Shown here one piece after another: positions 24,368 through 33,097 of a stretch of DNA of 64,000 bases. The notes under the pieces were generated by a model. That model searched no databases. It saw only the letters and a program-made list of their open reading frames with translations, and was not told the origin of the DNA. The stretch is taken from IMG/VR virus record IMGVR_UViG_3300005002_000001, one strand, 5' to 3'. Origin of the DNA: a virus. Both the position numbers and the translations under genes were made by a program. The first letter of the stretch is position 1. Each line of letters starts with the position of its first letter.

Positions 24368-24898
24368 CGTCGGATCGTCGCTCTCTTTCTATTTGTGGTG
24401 GCGTTCATCGCGTGCTCTCCTAGTTGGCGTAAGCCGCCGGCTTCTTTGGCAAATTTGGATCGAGCAACGACCGTTTACGTCTGTCTCGATCTGCCCGATT
24501 CTCAGCAAAAATCGGCGGTCGAAGCCGTCGAGATGTGGGACAAGGCTGTCGGCAGCTGGAAGCATCTCGTGCCTGTCAAATCGCACGACGACTCCTTCTG
24601 CGGATTTTGGGTGCACGAGACGTCAGAGGATCATCCCAAAGATCCATCAGCGTTGGCTTGGGCCTCGATGATCGGCGGGCGAGAGATCTACATGAAGATC
24701 GGTCGCTACGAAAAGGATACGAAAGGCATCCTGACGCACGAACTGGGTCACGCCTTCGGGGCTCAGCACATCAAAGGTACGCTAATGAATAAGAACTGGG
24801 AGCCCGGCATGTTCGTTTGCCCGGACAATCCGACGGTAGCCCAGGTCGCCGCCTTTCACAACATCAACCTCGAACTGCTTAGCTGGTGCACTCCATGA
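24356..24898 (+). CDS. secreted zinc metalloprotease, metzincin type
   Basis: N-terminal signal peptide IVALFLFVVAFIACS; HELGHAFGAQH (HExxHxxGxxH) and downstream Met (TLMNK). Confidence 0.65.
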   Translation: MIMHRRIVALFLFVVAFIACSPSWRKPPASLANLDRATTVYVCLDLPDSQQKSAVEAVEMWDKAVGSWKHLVPVKSHDDSFCGFWVHETSEDHPKDPSALAWASMIGGREIYMKIGRYEKDTKGILTHELGHAFGAQHIKGTLMNKNWEPGMFVCPDNPTVAQVAAFHNINLELLSWCTP

Positions 24899-25404
24899 TC
24901 TTTTCGATCGTCTTTTTCGCGGCTTACATCGTCCTGATCACTCTCTTCGGTCACGTGGCCCATTGGGCGATGCACAAGCCGTGGATGAAGGCACTCTATC
25001 GAGCTCATATGGTGCATCACTTCAAGCTGTATCCCATTGATGATTTCGAGTCCGACAGCTATCGATCGGCCGGCAAAGATAGCGGCACGATCTTTTTCAC
25101 AGTGCTAGCGATTCCCTTGCTAGCGATTCCTATCGTCGCTTGCTTGCTGACTCCCCTCTCTCTTTTTTGGGCCATCGGTTCGATCGTCGGTGGCATCGTT
25201 TTCGGGCTGCTCAATGACTGGGTGCACGCGTCGTTCCACGTTCGTAAAAATCTTCTGCGATACATTCCCGGTTGGCAAAAGATGAGAGACCGTCATTATC
25301 AGCACCATGTCGACGTGACGGCTAACTACGGGATTTGGCTCTTTAGCTGGGATCGAGTCTTCGGCACGCTTCGCGACCAAGTACAAAAGAGCGATCCGAA
25401 GTAA
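24886..25404 (+). CDS. fatty-acid hydroxylase / sterol desaturase superfamily membrane protein
   Basis: His boxes HKPWMKALYRAHMVHH and HYQHHVD between hydrophobic segments. Confidence 0.5.
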   Translation: MHSMIFSIVFFAAYIVLITLFGHVAHWAMHKPWMKALYRAHMVHHFKLYPIDDFESDSYRSAGKDSGTIFFTVLAIPLLAIPIVACLLTPLSLFWAIGSIVGGIVFGLLNDWVHASFHVRKNLLRYIPGWQKMRDRHYQHHVDVTANYGIWLFSWDRVFGTLRDQVQKSDPK

Positions 25405-25433
25405 TATCAACCATCCCGGAAGGAGATGGTCTG

Positions 25434-25679
25434 ATGGGATACCATACCCGAGAATTCGATAAGGGCGTCTACGGAGAAGTCAGCAAAATCCAGGAGGAGT
25501 ACGAAGAGTTCCTGGACGCTGTCAAGCAGAACGCCAAGGTTTTGGAACTGTGCGAGCTAGCCGATCTTTACGGCGCCATCGCTGGATACGTCGAGCAGAA
25601 TTTTCCAGGACTCAACATGGATGACATCAAACAGATGTCGGACATGACTCGCTCGGCCTTCGAGGAAGGCAAAAGATGA
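25434..25679 (+). CDS. small MazG-like nucleotide pyrophosphohydrolase domain protein (tentative)
   Basis: 81 aa all-helical; EEYEEF / ELADLYGAIAGYVEQ acidic motifs; GGAGATGG RBS. Confidence 0.35.
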   Translation: MGYHTREFDKGVYGEVSKIQEEYEEFLDAVKQNAKVLELCELADLYGAIAGYVEQNFPGLNMDDIKQMSDMTRSAFEEGKR

Positions 25680-26281
25680 ACCAAGAGATCAGGTGGGACC
25701 TCGTCGCTGCCGCTCGATCCTGGTACACTCGGTGGGGTTACACGTACGTCGAAACGCCTTGGTACGTGGCGGGAAGGGCGCTTAGAGCGACATTACCCGA
25801 AGGCAAACACGGATTTCAGCTTTGCCATCCCGAATTATTCAAAGGGTGGCTGGTGGGATCGGCCGAGCAGGGATTCCTGCAGATGATGCTCGACGGAGAT
25901 CTCAAACCGGGCAAATACTTTTCAGCTACTCCCTGCTTTCGCGATGATCCCGAGGACGAGCTGCACAACACTTACTTCTTCAAGGTCGAGCTCATCGAGA
26001 TCGAAGATCGCCTTCAGGTGCTGGACGACGGGAATGTCTATCGACTCATGAGCGCCTGCAAGAAGTTTTTCGAGGAATACTCTCACCAAGAGGTCAAAGT
26101 GAGACCCACTCCCGAAAATGGGCCATCGACTTACGATCTAGAACTCAACGACATCGAGATCGGATCTTACGGACTTCGAAAGCACGAGAATCACAGATGG
26201 GTATATGGGACAGGGTTAGCCCTTCCGAGATTCAATTTCGCAGCAGCGAGTCGAGGTACTCCCATCTGGGATCCGAAATAG
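25676..26281 (+). CDS. minimal class-II aminoacyl-tRNA-synthetase-like catalytic core (201 aa)
   Basis: motif 1-like WGYTYVETPW, motif 2-like TPCFRDDPEDELHNTYFFKVELIEI (fRdE), motif 3-like GSYGLRKHENHRWVYGTGLALPR; no anticodon-binding domain. Confidence 0.5.
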   Translation: MNQEIRWDLVAAARSWYTRWGYTYVETPWYVAGRALRATLPEGKHGFQLCHPELFKGWLVGSAEQGFLQMMLDGDLKPGKYFSATPCFRDDPEDELHNTYFFKVELIEIEDRLQVLDDGNVYRLMSACKKFFEEYSHQEVKVRPTPENGPSTYDLELNDIEIGSYGLRKHENHRWVYGTGLALPRFNFAAASRGTPIWDPK

Positions 26282-26310
26282 TCCTTGTCGATCACGAGGT
26301 CGACGATCTT

Positions 26311-26544
26311 ATGGAAGGCGACTTGTTGATCAAACTAAACGAGGAAGTCGATGAAGACATCGTTTATAAGGGTCGTTACTACGTGGTCATCGACATCGAA
26401 AAAGATGATGACTACGTTTTGACATCGGTGGCTAGCACGAGAGTGTTGGGCGGAGTCGAATTTGAAGAACGACTTGATGGTCATCGCGGTGACGCGCTTG
26501 GTGACTTCGGCTTTCGAAGAGTGTGTAATGGAAAGTCTCGTTAG
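26311..26544 (+). CDS. small acidic SH3-like protein (GDL family)
   Basis: MEGDLLIKLN...GRYYVVIDIEKDDDYVLTSVAS; start ATG 26311 inside track ORF 26197-26544. Confidence 0.4.
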   Translation: MEGDLLIKLNEEVDEDIVYKGRYYVVIDIEKDDDYVLTSVASTRVLGGVEFEERLDGHRGDALGDFGFRRVCNGKSR

Positions 26545-26559
26545 TCTATAATCATACCA
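26524..26559 (+). promoter_or_regulatory. promoter variant TGTAATG-N15-TATAAT-N8-ATG
   Basis: gtgtgtaatggaaagtctcgttagtctataatcataccaATG. Confidence 0.45.
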
Positions 26560-26814
26560 ATGGCGGCCGTGACCGTCGTATGGTCGAAGGGCTGGTTTTT
26601 AGCAGGCTCGCTAACGAAACCGATAGAGCCCGATGCAGATCTAAAAGACCCGGACGAGGTGGAGACCGCGTGGGGTTACGACAGCTACAGTATTCGCCGG
26701 CTTTCTAGCTTACCCGACCTCAAGTACGAGGTCCTCCTTAAAGACGAGGACGACGAGTCAGTCGCGCAGCAATTGCTCGACGACTTACTAGACTCCCTGG
26801 AGACACAAAGATGA
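26560..26814 (+). CDS. hypothetical acidic protein
   Basis: track ORF; ATGA overlap with next. Confidence 0.5.
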   Translation: MAAVTVVWSKGWFLAGSLTKPIEPDADLKDPDEVETAWGYDSYSIRRLSSLPDLKYEVLLKDEDDESVAQQLLDDLLDSLETQR

Positions 26815-27140
26815 GCAGGAGCGTGCAACGTTCTCATTGTAAGCATTCGTGTTGGATGTGTGATCCCGGTAAACAGGAGCCCGGGGTCCCCAAACCGAGC
26901 GACCGACGACGTATGCAAGACGACATGAAAGAATGGGAACGAGAACCCAAGGACGTGCCTCGTTGCGCCTGCGGCGCTCCTGCCGACTGGTATTACGCTC
27001 CGACAAACGGCGGAGACTACTGCGACGCGTGCGTCCCTCGAGGATGCTCGTGCAATGTCGATTGCGACGGCAACGAGATTCTAGACGAAGGCGGCCGGCA
27101 ATTGCCGTGCTGCGAATATATGGAGTACGCTGACAAATGA
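26811..27140 (+). CDS. cysteine-rich (zinc-finger-like) protein
   Basis: 16 Cys including CKHSCWMCDPG, CACGAP, CDACVPRGCSCNVDCDG, CCEY. Confidence 0.5.
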   Translation: MSRSVQRSHCKHSCWMCDPGKQEPGVPKPSDRRRMQDDMKEWEREPKDVPRCACGAPADWYYAPTNGGDYCDACVPRGCSCNVDCDGNEILDEGGRQLPCCEYMEYADK

Positions 27141-27961
27141 AGATCTGGATTCCCAAATGCGGCGACGAAGTCAAACTCGATCAGGACTGGACGTTCACTC
27201 TCCATCCCGAATACCGGAACGCTGACTTTTGCGGCGCCGTCGCCGGCGGAGCCAAACCCGGTCCGCGATATCACGCGACCAAGAATTACCAGCAGCAGGA
27301 GGTCACGTTTCCTGCTGGGTGCCGCCTCGTCTTCGATCGGATCTACATCCGGCAGGACAGCGGCGACTACACGTCCGTCACCTTCATGATCAAACAGCAT
27401 CCCAAGCACGAGTACATCGGGGAGCGTTTTTGGGTCAAGTTGCCCGACGCCAACAAGATCGAAGCGACGTTCCTGTCGGAAAACAACCCGGTGGGCGGAT
27501 TCGCCAAAGCGAAGTACAAGGCCGAAGCCAAAGCTGCGATCGATCCGGCGTTCGCGCAAGCCGCCATCGATCGCAAACGAGCCAAAGAAGAGCTCGAGGC
27601 GGCGCGCGGAGCGTGCTCGGAAGAAGTCGAGTCGAACAATGCCGGACCGGTAGCGGCGCACGTCGACAAGATCATTCGAGATGCCGTGAATCACATCAAC
27701 GGCAGCAAGACGTCTTATTTTTGGGGCGGGGGCGGCGCCTCGGCATCGCAGGTGCGATCGATCATGATTCAAGGAACGTACTGGCGCCGGGGAGGTAAGG
27801 ATGCTCCCGCGTGGGTCATCGATTCCACCAAGAAAAACGATCAAGGTCAGACGATCCGAAACATTCGCTTTTGGCACAAAGGTCGAAAGTTCGACGGCTT
27901 CACCGTGACATCAAAAGGCACGGAGATCTGCGGTATCATTCCGCTCGTCTATCCTACTTAA
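27137..27961 (+). CDS. hypothetical protein
   Basis: track ORF; ATGA overlap. Confidence 0.5.
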   Translation: MKIWIPKCGDEVKLDQDWTFTLHPEYRNADFCGAVAGGAKPGPRYHATKNYQQQEVTFPAGCRLVFDRIYIRQDSGDYTSVTFMIKQHPKHEYIGERFWVKLPDANKIEATFLSENNPVGGFAKAKYKAEAKAAIDPAFAQAAIDRKRAKEELEAARGACSEEVESNNAGPVAAHVDKIIRDAVNHINGSKTSYFWGGGGASASQVRSIMIQGTYWRRGGKDAPAWVIDSTKKNDQGQTIRNIRFWHKGRKFDGFTVTSKGTEICGIIPLVYPT

Positions 27962-27965
27962 AGGG

Positions 27966-28409
27966 ATGAAGACGTTTCGTATCAAGCTGGGAGACCTCCG
28001 AAAGTTCATTCGAGAAGTCTACGAATGCGGCGACATGATGCCTGAGGCCGGAGGAGACATCTACGGCGCGGGATCGGCTGGCCCGGGAGAATCGTCCGGA
28101 AAAACGATGGCTGAAACCGATTCAGGACCGTCTTGGCCGCATCCGTGGCCCAAACCCAAAAATTCAGAAATGATAAAGGCTCATCGAGCTGTGATGGATT
28201 ATCTGGGTCCTGAGCATGTCGGAGACCTGGTCAACGCAAAATACGTCCTGGACCCTCGAGTCAAGGGAGTCGTCGGTATCCGTCTCGAAGACGGCGGGCA
28301 GCACGCCGGCACGACGATAGATTTTGTCGTCTACAACTGCGACAGAGGTTGCAGCGCCGACGATGTCGATGAAGTTCAGTTCACATCTTGGCCCCCGACC
28401 GTGTACTGA
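27966..28409 (+). CDS. protein with shared N-terminal leader MKTFRIKLGDLRKFIREVY
   Basis: fourth member of the N-terminal leader family; upstream acttaaagggATG resembles the ATATTTAAAGCC motif. Confidence 0.5.
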   Translation: MKTFRIKLGDLRKFIREVYECGDMMPEAGGDIYGAGSAGPGESSGKTMAETDSGPSWPHPWPKPKNSEMIKAHRAVMDYLGPEHVGDLVNAKYVLDPRVKGVVGIRLEDGGQHAGTTIDFVVYNCDRGCSADDVDEVQFTSWPPTVY

Positions 28410-29184
28410 TCAGCTTTTGAGCTAGCGTCTTTCCGTCTTCCTTGCTGAAGCGGACGATTTCCAACAAGTGCTTCCCGTTGACGGGCTCGACATATCGAGC
28501 CTCGAGACGTTTAATACCCGAGCGCTTGCAATGCAATGCGTAATTCTGTTCGGGCCACCAATCTCGTTTTTCTTCGAGCAGCATCTTGGGCACGCTCTCT
28601 CCCATTCTCATGTAGCGATCGATCGCTTTGGGATGGCCGATGGCGAATCGATCGTCCATACCGTCGTGGAAAAAGGGCGGACCAAGACTGTCGAACGTGT
28701 AGAGCTCGTCCTCCGTCAAGCCGGCTAGCTTGATGTCGACAAGACCTTGAAATTCAACATCAGGTCGATGGAAAACGATGGCATCGAACTCTTCCCAGTC
28801 AGGGAGATGAGTTTTGAAAGAGTTCCACGCTTCGAGCCGTTTGGTGAATTGGTGGACGACGGTCCCAACGTGGCCCGTATTCATGTCGGGTCGCTTCTTG
28901 CAGATCTCGTTATAAAGATCGATCGAAGCCTGTGACATATCTCTTATGTCTAAGACTTCAGGGTCGAGGGCTAACTTGACGTATTCGAGGGCGTCTTCCG
29001 CCGAATAATCAGCGGGTGGATCATCCGGTCGGTTGCGTCGGCATTGCCCGGCGGGATACGTATAGAAAAAGTTGCGAACGGGTTCCGTCAGACCCAATCG
29101 ATTCCAGCATCTTTCTGTCACGTTTTCGGGCCAGATCCGATGAAAAGTTCTGACATGTCCCACCCAGATTGCTGCAATCCTCAT
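28381..29184 (-). CDS. hypothetical protein, paralogue of 12102-12842 (possible glycosyltransferase-like)
   Basis: shared N-terminus MRxAxxxxxHVRTFxRxWPxN and HRPDVEF / DDRFAIG blocks. Confidence 0.5.
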   Translation of the reverse strand: MRIAAIWVGHVRTFHRIWPENVTERCWNRLGLTEPVRNFFYTYPAGQCRRNRPDDPPADYSAEDALEYVKLALDPEVLDIRDMSQASIDLYNEICKKRPDMNTGHVGTVVHQFTKRLEAWNSFKTHLPDWEEFDAIVFHRPDVEFQGLVDIKLAGLTEDELYTFDSLGPPFFHDGMDDRFAIGHPKAIDRYMRMGESVPKMLLEEKRDWWPEQNYALHCKRSGIKRLEARYVEPVNGKHLLEIVRFSKEDGKTLAQKLISTRSGAKM

Positions 29185-29210
29185 CTTCTGATTATAATAC
29201 TTATCGTAAG

Positions 29211-29738
29211 ATGAGGATCATCTCCCACCGCGCCAACTTAAATGGCCCTAGCGAAAACTATAGCGAGTTCAAAATCATCAGAGCGCTTAGGATGGGATTC
29301 GATATCGAGATCGATATCAGATGCGATTCGAATCGCCTATGGGTCGGACACGATCAGCCCGATTTTCTCTTGCCCAGAGACGTGACGACTAATGATATGA
29401 TCTCGAGGATTTGGTTTCATGCCAAAGACCTCGCGTCGGTCGAGATGCTGCCCGAACACGCTTTGGTCTTTTGTCATGCCGACGACGATTTTGTCATCGT
29501 TTCCGGAGATAAGCGGATCGTCTGGTTGCATCCCAGGTTGAATCCGCAGATCGACGACCTGGTCGCTTCCGGTTCGATCACACCCGCTCGGACCATCGTA
29601 TTAGATGTCGCTGGTCACACCAGGATCGATCCAGAATATTTCGTCAAAAAGGGTTATGGGTTCATGGGTGTCTGCACCGATTGGCCCATTGATTGGTTGC
29701 AGTTCTTCGTCTCAAACCTACAGAAAAACTTCAAATGA
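29211..29738 (+). CDS. glycerophosphodiester phosphodiesterase (GDPD)-like protein
   Basis: IISHRANLNGPSENYSEF...GFDIEIDIRCDSNRLWVGHD matches GDPD HR..PEN...E.D...DG..VV.HD. Confidence 0.6.
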   Translation: MRIISHRANLNGPSENYSEFKIIRALRMGFDIEIDIRCDSNRLWVGHDQPDFLLPRDVTTNDMISRIWFHAKDLASVEMLPEHALVFCHADDDFVIVSGDKRIVWLHPRLNPQIDDLVASGSITPARTIVLDVAGHTRIDPEYFVKKGYGFMGVCTDWPIDWLQFFVSNLQKNFK

Positions 29739-30367
29739 ATCAGACAGTCGTCGTTTTTGATCTGGACGGCGTCGTCCTGGATGCAAAAGAATTACATCGA
29801 GAGTGCTTCATCGAGGCTTGCAAGATGGGAGCCGGTTTGATTATCGATGTCGAGTTTCACGAGAATCATCTCGAGGCTCTGAGCACCAAACAGAAGGTCT
29901 CCAAGCTGATGGACATGAAACTTTTGAAGGACGAAAATGAAGCTTTCGAAGTCGCCTGGCGCAAACAGGAACTGACGACGGCGCGCATACCGACCGCGCC
30001 GCTGACTGTTCCTTGGATGCAAAGCATCTTTGCTCACATCAAAGAGCGAGGATTCAGCTTGGCGCTTTGCAGCAATTCAGTCAGAGCGACATGCACGACG
30101 GCTCTCGAAAGCTACGATCTCCTCAAGTATTTCGATCTGATCGTTTCGAACGAGGACGCGCCGCACCAGAAGCCTTCTCCGGCACCCTATCTGTCGGTGG
30201 CGGCGACGCTAAACACTGTCCCATCGAAGCTTATTGTTTTTGAAGACTCGGCCGTCGGCATCGCTTCGGCCCACGCGGCGGGATGCATCGTGACTCCCGT
30301 CTTCGATCCCAAGCACGATCTCGATCTCGAAAGGATTCAAAGATGGCTGAAGTACATTGTCGGTTGA
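29735..30367 (+). CDS. HAD-superfamily hydrolase (beta-phosphoglucomutase-like)
   Basis: VVVFDLDGVVLD motif I, LALCSNS motif II, LIVFEDSAVGIASAHAAG motif IV; ATGA start. Confidence 0.65.
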   Translation: MNQTVVVFDLDGVVLDAKELHRECFIEACKMGAGLIIDVEFHENHLEALSTKQKVSKLMDMKLLKDENEAFEVAWRKQELTTARIPTAPLTVPWMQSIFAHIKERGFSLALCSNSVRATCTTALESYDLLKYFDLIVSNEDAPHQKPSPAPYLSVAATLNTVPSKLIVFEDSAVGIASAHAAGCIVTPVFDPKHDLDLERIQRWLKYIVG

Positions 30368-31107
30368 TCGTTCTTGCGGCAGGAGAGGGCAAGAGATTTC
30401 AAGAAGTGGGTTATAAGGAGCCCAAACCCTTCATCGAAATCCTGGGAGTTCGAATGATCGAGCTCGTCATCGCTAATATGAGATCCCAGTTGGGTGTTGA
30501 CTGTCCCGTCACGATTATCACACAAGATAAGTTTGGACGGATCTTCGGGCAAACTGAATTCTATCTCGACAAGACGAGCGTCATCAGGCTAGGCTCTTTG
30601 ACAGGAGGCGCCGCCGAGACGGCGCTCTGGGGTTTGAAACACGGGCCCGACATGGGAGAGAAGATCGTCATCGCTAACTGCGATCAGCTCGTCCTCTTCG
30701 ACGGCAAGAAGATGCTCAAATCGCTCGATAAACACGCCGGATCGATCCTAACGTTTGATGAGCCCGGACGCAATCCCAAATGGTCGTATGCCGAGATCAA
30801 CAAGAAGGGTCTCATCACGCGCGTCGCCGAAAAGAATCCCATCAGCGATCACGCGACGGTGGGCGTGTACGGTTATGCGAATCGTAACGTCGCTATCGAT
30901 GCCATCTCTAAAATGATGGCGGCCAACGATCGATTCAACAACGAATTCTACTTGTGCCCGGCTTACAACTACATCGACGGGACAATTTCTAACGTTTCTT
31001 CGACTCGCATGTGGGGTCTCGGCACTCCGGAAGATGTCCAGACAGCGATTGCCGACAAGGACTTTGCCACCGAAATCGAGACGATCCGCCGTATTGTAAT
31101 GCCATAG
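30343..31107 (+). CDS. sugar-/alcohol-phosphate nucleotidyltransferase (cytidylyl/NTP-transferase fold)
   Basis: LIVLAAGEGKRF...PKPFIEI G-rich signature; start chosen at internal ATG of track ORF 30283-31107. Confidence 0.55.
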   Translation: MAEVHCRLIVLAAGEGKRFQEVGYKEPKPFIEILGVRMIELVIANMRSQLGVDCPVTIITQDKFGRIFGQTEFYLDKTSVIRLGSLTGGAAETALWGLKHGPDMGEKIVIANCDQLVLFDGKKMLKSLDKHAGSILTFDEPGRNPKWSYAEINKKGLITRVAEKNPISDHATVGVYGYANRNVAIDAISKMMAANDRFNNEFYLCPAYNYIDGTISNVSSTRMWGLGTPEDVQTAIADKDFATEIETIRRIVMP

Positions 31108-31166
31108 CTCCCTGTGTTATTGTTAGGGTTGCAGGATAGGACTGTAACCCACACGGAGCATGAAAT

Positions 31167-32102
31167 ATGTATCGTAGGATCGCGCTTGCTTTAGCGGCGC
31201 TCTCTCTCATCGGATGCGGCAGCCAAGACGTTCCTCCGGCCCACAAGGGTCGTAAATTCGACAAGACGGGAGCCGCGGCTCTCTGGGCCGGCGGAGCCGG
31301 CTTCGAGGGTCCGATCCTCGGGCCCGGCACGTACTACACGGGCATCTACCCCGAGATTCGCATGGTAGAATGCGGACAGCGCACCGTCAAAGAGTCGCTG
31401 ACGGCTCTCACCAAGGACGGCGTCCAGTTCTCTCTCGATGTCTACGTCTCGTACAGCGCGGCCTGCGACGAAGAAAAGACCGTCCAGACGCTGCTCGAAA
31501 AGCTTTCTCCCGAGGGCAAGCAGCCGGTGCCCGAAAAGGGCAAGGAAGACGCGTCGCAGCACGCTAGCGCCGCCGCCGATCCGACGCTGACGATCACAGC
31601 CGATCAGGTTTATCGGGTCTTCATCCGCCCGGCGATGGGCGAGGCCGTTCGCGAAAGCGTCTCTCCTTACATCGCCAACGATGTCAACGAGAAGCGCGAA
31701 GAGATCTTCGACAAGGTCAAGAAGTCCTTCGAGGAGAACCTCAAGAAGCAGCAGCAGAAACTCGTCACCATCTACACGATGAACCTCTCCAACCTCGACT
31801 TCCCGGATGCGATGGACGCGGCCAACGCGGCCCGCGCTGTCCAAGCCATCGAAAAGGACAAGGCGATCGCCGCCCGAGCGAAGGTCGAAGCCGAGATCGA
31901 GACGGCCAAGCTCGAAGTGACGAAGCGCGAGGTCGAGGCGCAGGCCGAGGCCAAAAAGATCGACGTCATCGGCGCGGCCCTTCACCGCAATCCCGAGTAC
32001 TACATCCGCGATGTATACTTCTACGCCGCCGACAAGGGTGGGTCGGTCATGGTCCCGTCGAATCCCAACGTCATCCTCCAGATGACGCCCAAGAAGCCCT
32101 AA
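31167..32102 (+). CDS. SPFH/band-7 domain lipoprotein
   Basis: lipobox signal MYRRIALALAALSLIGCGS; SPFH-like core followed by Ala/Glu-rich coiled coil AARAKVEAEIETAKLEVTKREVEAQAEAKK. Confidence 0.5.
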   Translation: MYRRIALALAALSLIGCGSQDVPPAHKGRKFDKTGAAALWAGGAGFEGPILGPGTYYTGIYPEIRMVECGQRTVKESLTALTKDGVQFSLDVYVSYSAACDEEKTVQTLLEKLSPEGKQPVPEKGKEDASQHASAAADPTLTITADQVYRVFIRPAMGEAVRESVSPYIANDVNEKREEIFDKVKKSFEENLKKQQQKLVTIYTMNLSNLDFPDAMDAANAARAVQAIEKDKAIAARAKVEAEIETAKLEVTKREVEAQAEAKKIDVIGAALHRNPEYYIRDVYFYAADKGGSVMVPSNPNVILQMTPKKP

Positions 32103-32115
32103 CAAGGAGAAGACC

Positions 32116-32595
32116 ATGAAAGACATTGCCAACGTCACCGTCCTGAAGTCCGCAGCCACGATCGACGAAGAGAAGGTACGCGAGCTTTTCGAGGAGCACG
32201 ACTACGATCTGCCCGCGGAGTGCTGGCTCAGAAACTTCTACGAGTCCCTCGACGAGGCTGAGGATGTCGAGAAGCACTGCGAGCCCTGCGACATCTATCT
32301 GGACGACGACTCCAAGTTCTGCAAGAACTGCGGTCAGGCCGTCACCGATCCTGTCCTCGAAAACGACAAGATCGGCTTCGATCTCCTGTGGTGTGGTGAG
32401 GACTCGGGAGCTTCGTTCCAGAGCATCTTCGTCAAGCAGATCGTGCCGCACATCAAGGGTCGGATCGAGGCCTTGCTCTTTCTCGAAACGTCGGATGACG
32501 AGCCCTACAAGCTGATGGGCGTCGTCGTCGAGGACGGGCAGTACAAGAGCTACGACGTCGACGTCGAATTCAAACCCTGGCCCTCCAGGAGCTGA
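32116..32595 (+). CDS. zinc-ribbon acidic protein
   Basis: CEPC...CKNCG; AGGAGAAG RBS. Confidence 0.5.
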   Translation: MKDIANVTVLKSAATIDEEKVRELFEEHDYDLPAECWLRNFYESLDEAEDVEKHCEPCDIYLDDDSKFCKNCGQAVTDPVLENDKIGFDLLWCGEDSGASFQSIFVKQIVPHIKGRIEALLFLETSDDEPYKLMGVVVEDGQYKSYDVDVEFKPWPSRS

Positions 32596-32608
32596 TAGGA
32601 GAAGCATC

Positions 32609-32830
32609 ATGATGACGAAAGAAGAGTTTCAGGCCGGCATTCAGGAGATCCTCGATGACGTCGAGGATCCCAACTCGGAGTTCAACACTGTCTTCCTCAA
32701 GGAGGGCAAGGAGTACGCCGAAGAGGTGAAGGCCTTCGATCCCATCCTCGCGGAGAAGGTCGTCACCCTCATCAAGGGCTTCGAGGACCTCGCCTCGTAC
32801 GTCCGCAGCCGTTCGGAACGGAAAGACTAA
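32609..32830 (+). CDS. small helical protein, paralogue of 33098-33307
   Basis: MMTKEEFQAGIQEIL...FDPILAEKV vs MNKKEFQELVGTMY...FDPELGRRF. Confidence 0.5.
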   Translation: MMTKEEFQAGIQEILDDVEDPNSEFNTVFLKEGKEYAEEVKAFDPILAEKVVTLIKGFEDLASYVRSRSERKD

Positions 32831-33084
32831 TGCTGTTCGGCGAGTTTCTTGTCCTCCTGGGAATCCTCAGCGGCTCGGGCTTGGGATTCGCCTACATCGT
32901 CACTCGCTATAAGCTACGCAGAGAGCGTCAAAAGAAGTTTTACGATGACCTCTCTGCGGCTCTAGCGACTCACAAATACCAAGCTATCGACGATCTCATG
33001 GTCATGCATCCCGACATGCCCGCGACAGCTCTTCGATGGTTGCAAGCTCGTCGGGACCAACTTTTCATCGAGAACAATCCGTAA
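32830..33084 (+). CDS. small membrane protein
   Basis: N-terminal TM FGEFLVLLGILSGSGLGFAYIV. Confidence 0.45.
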   Translation: MLFGEFLVLLGILSGSGLGFAYIVTRYKLRRERQKKFYDDLSAALATHKYQAIDDLMVMHPDMPATALRWLQARRDQLFIENNP

Positions 33085-33097
33085 CAAAGAGAAGACA

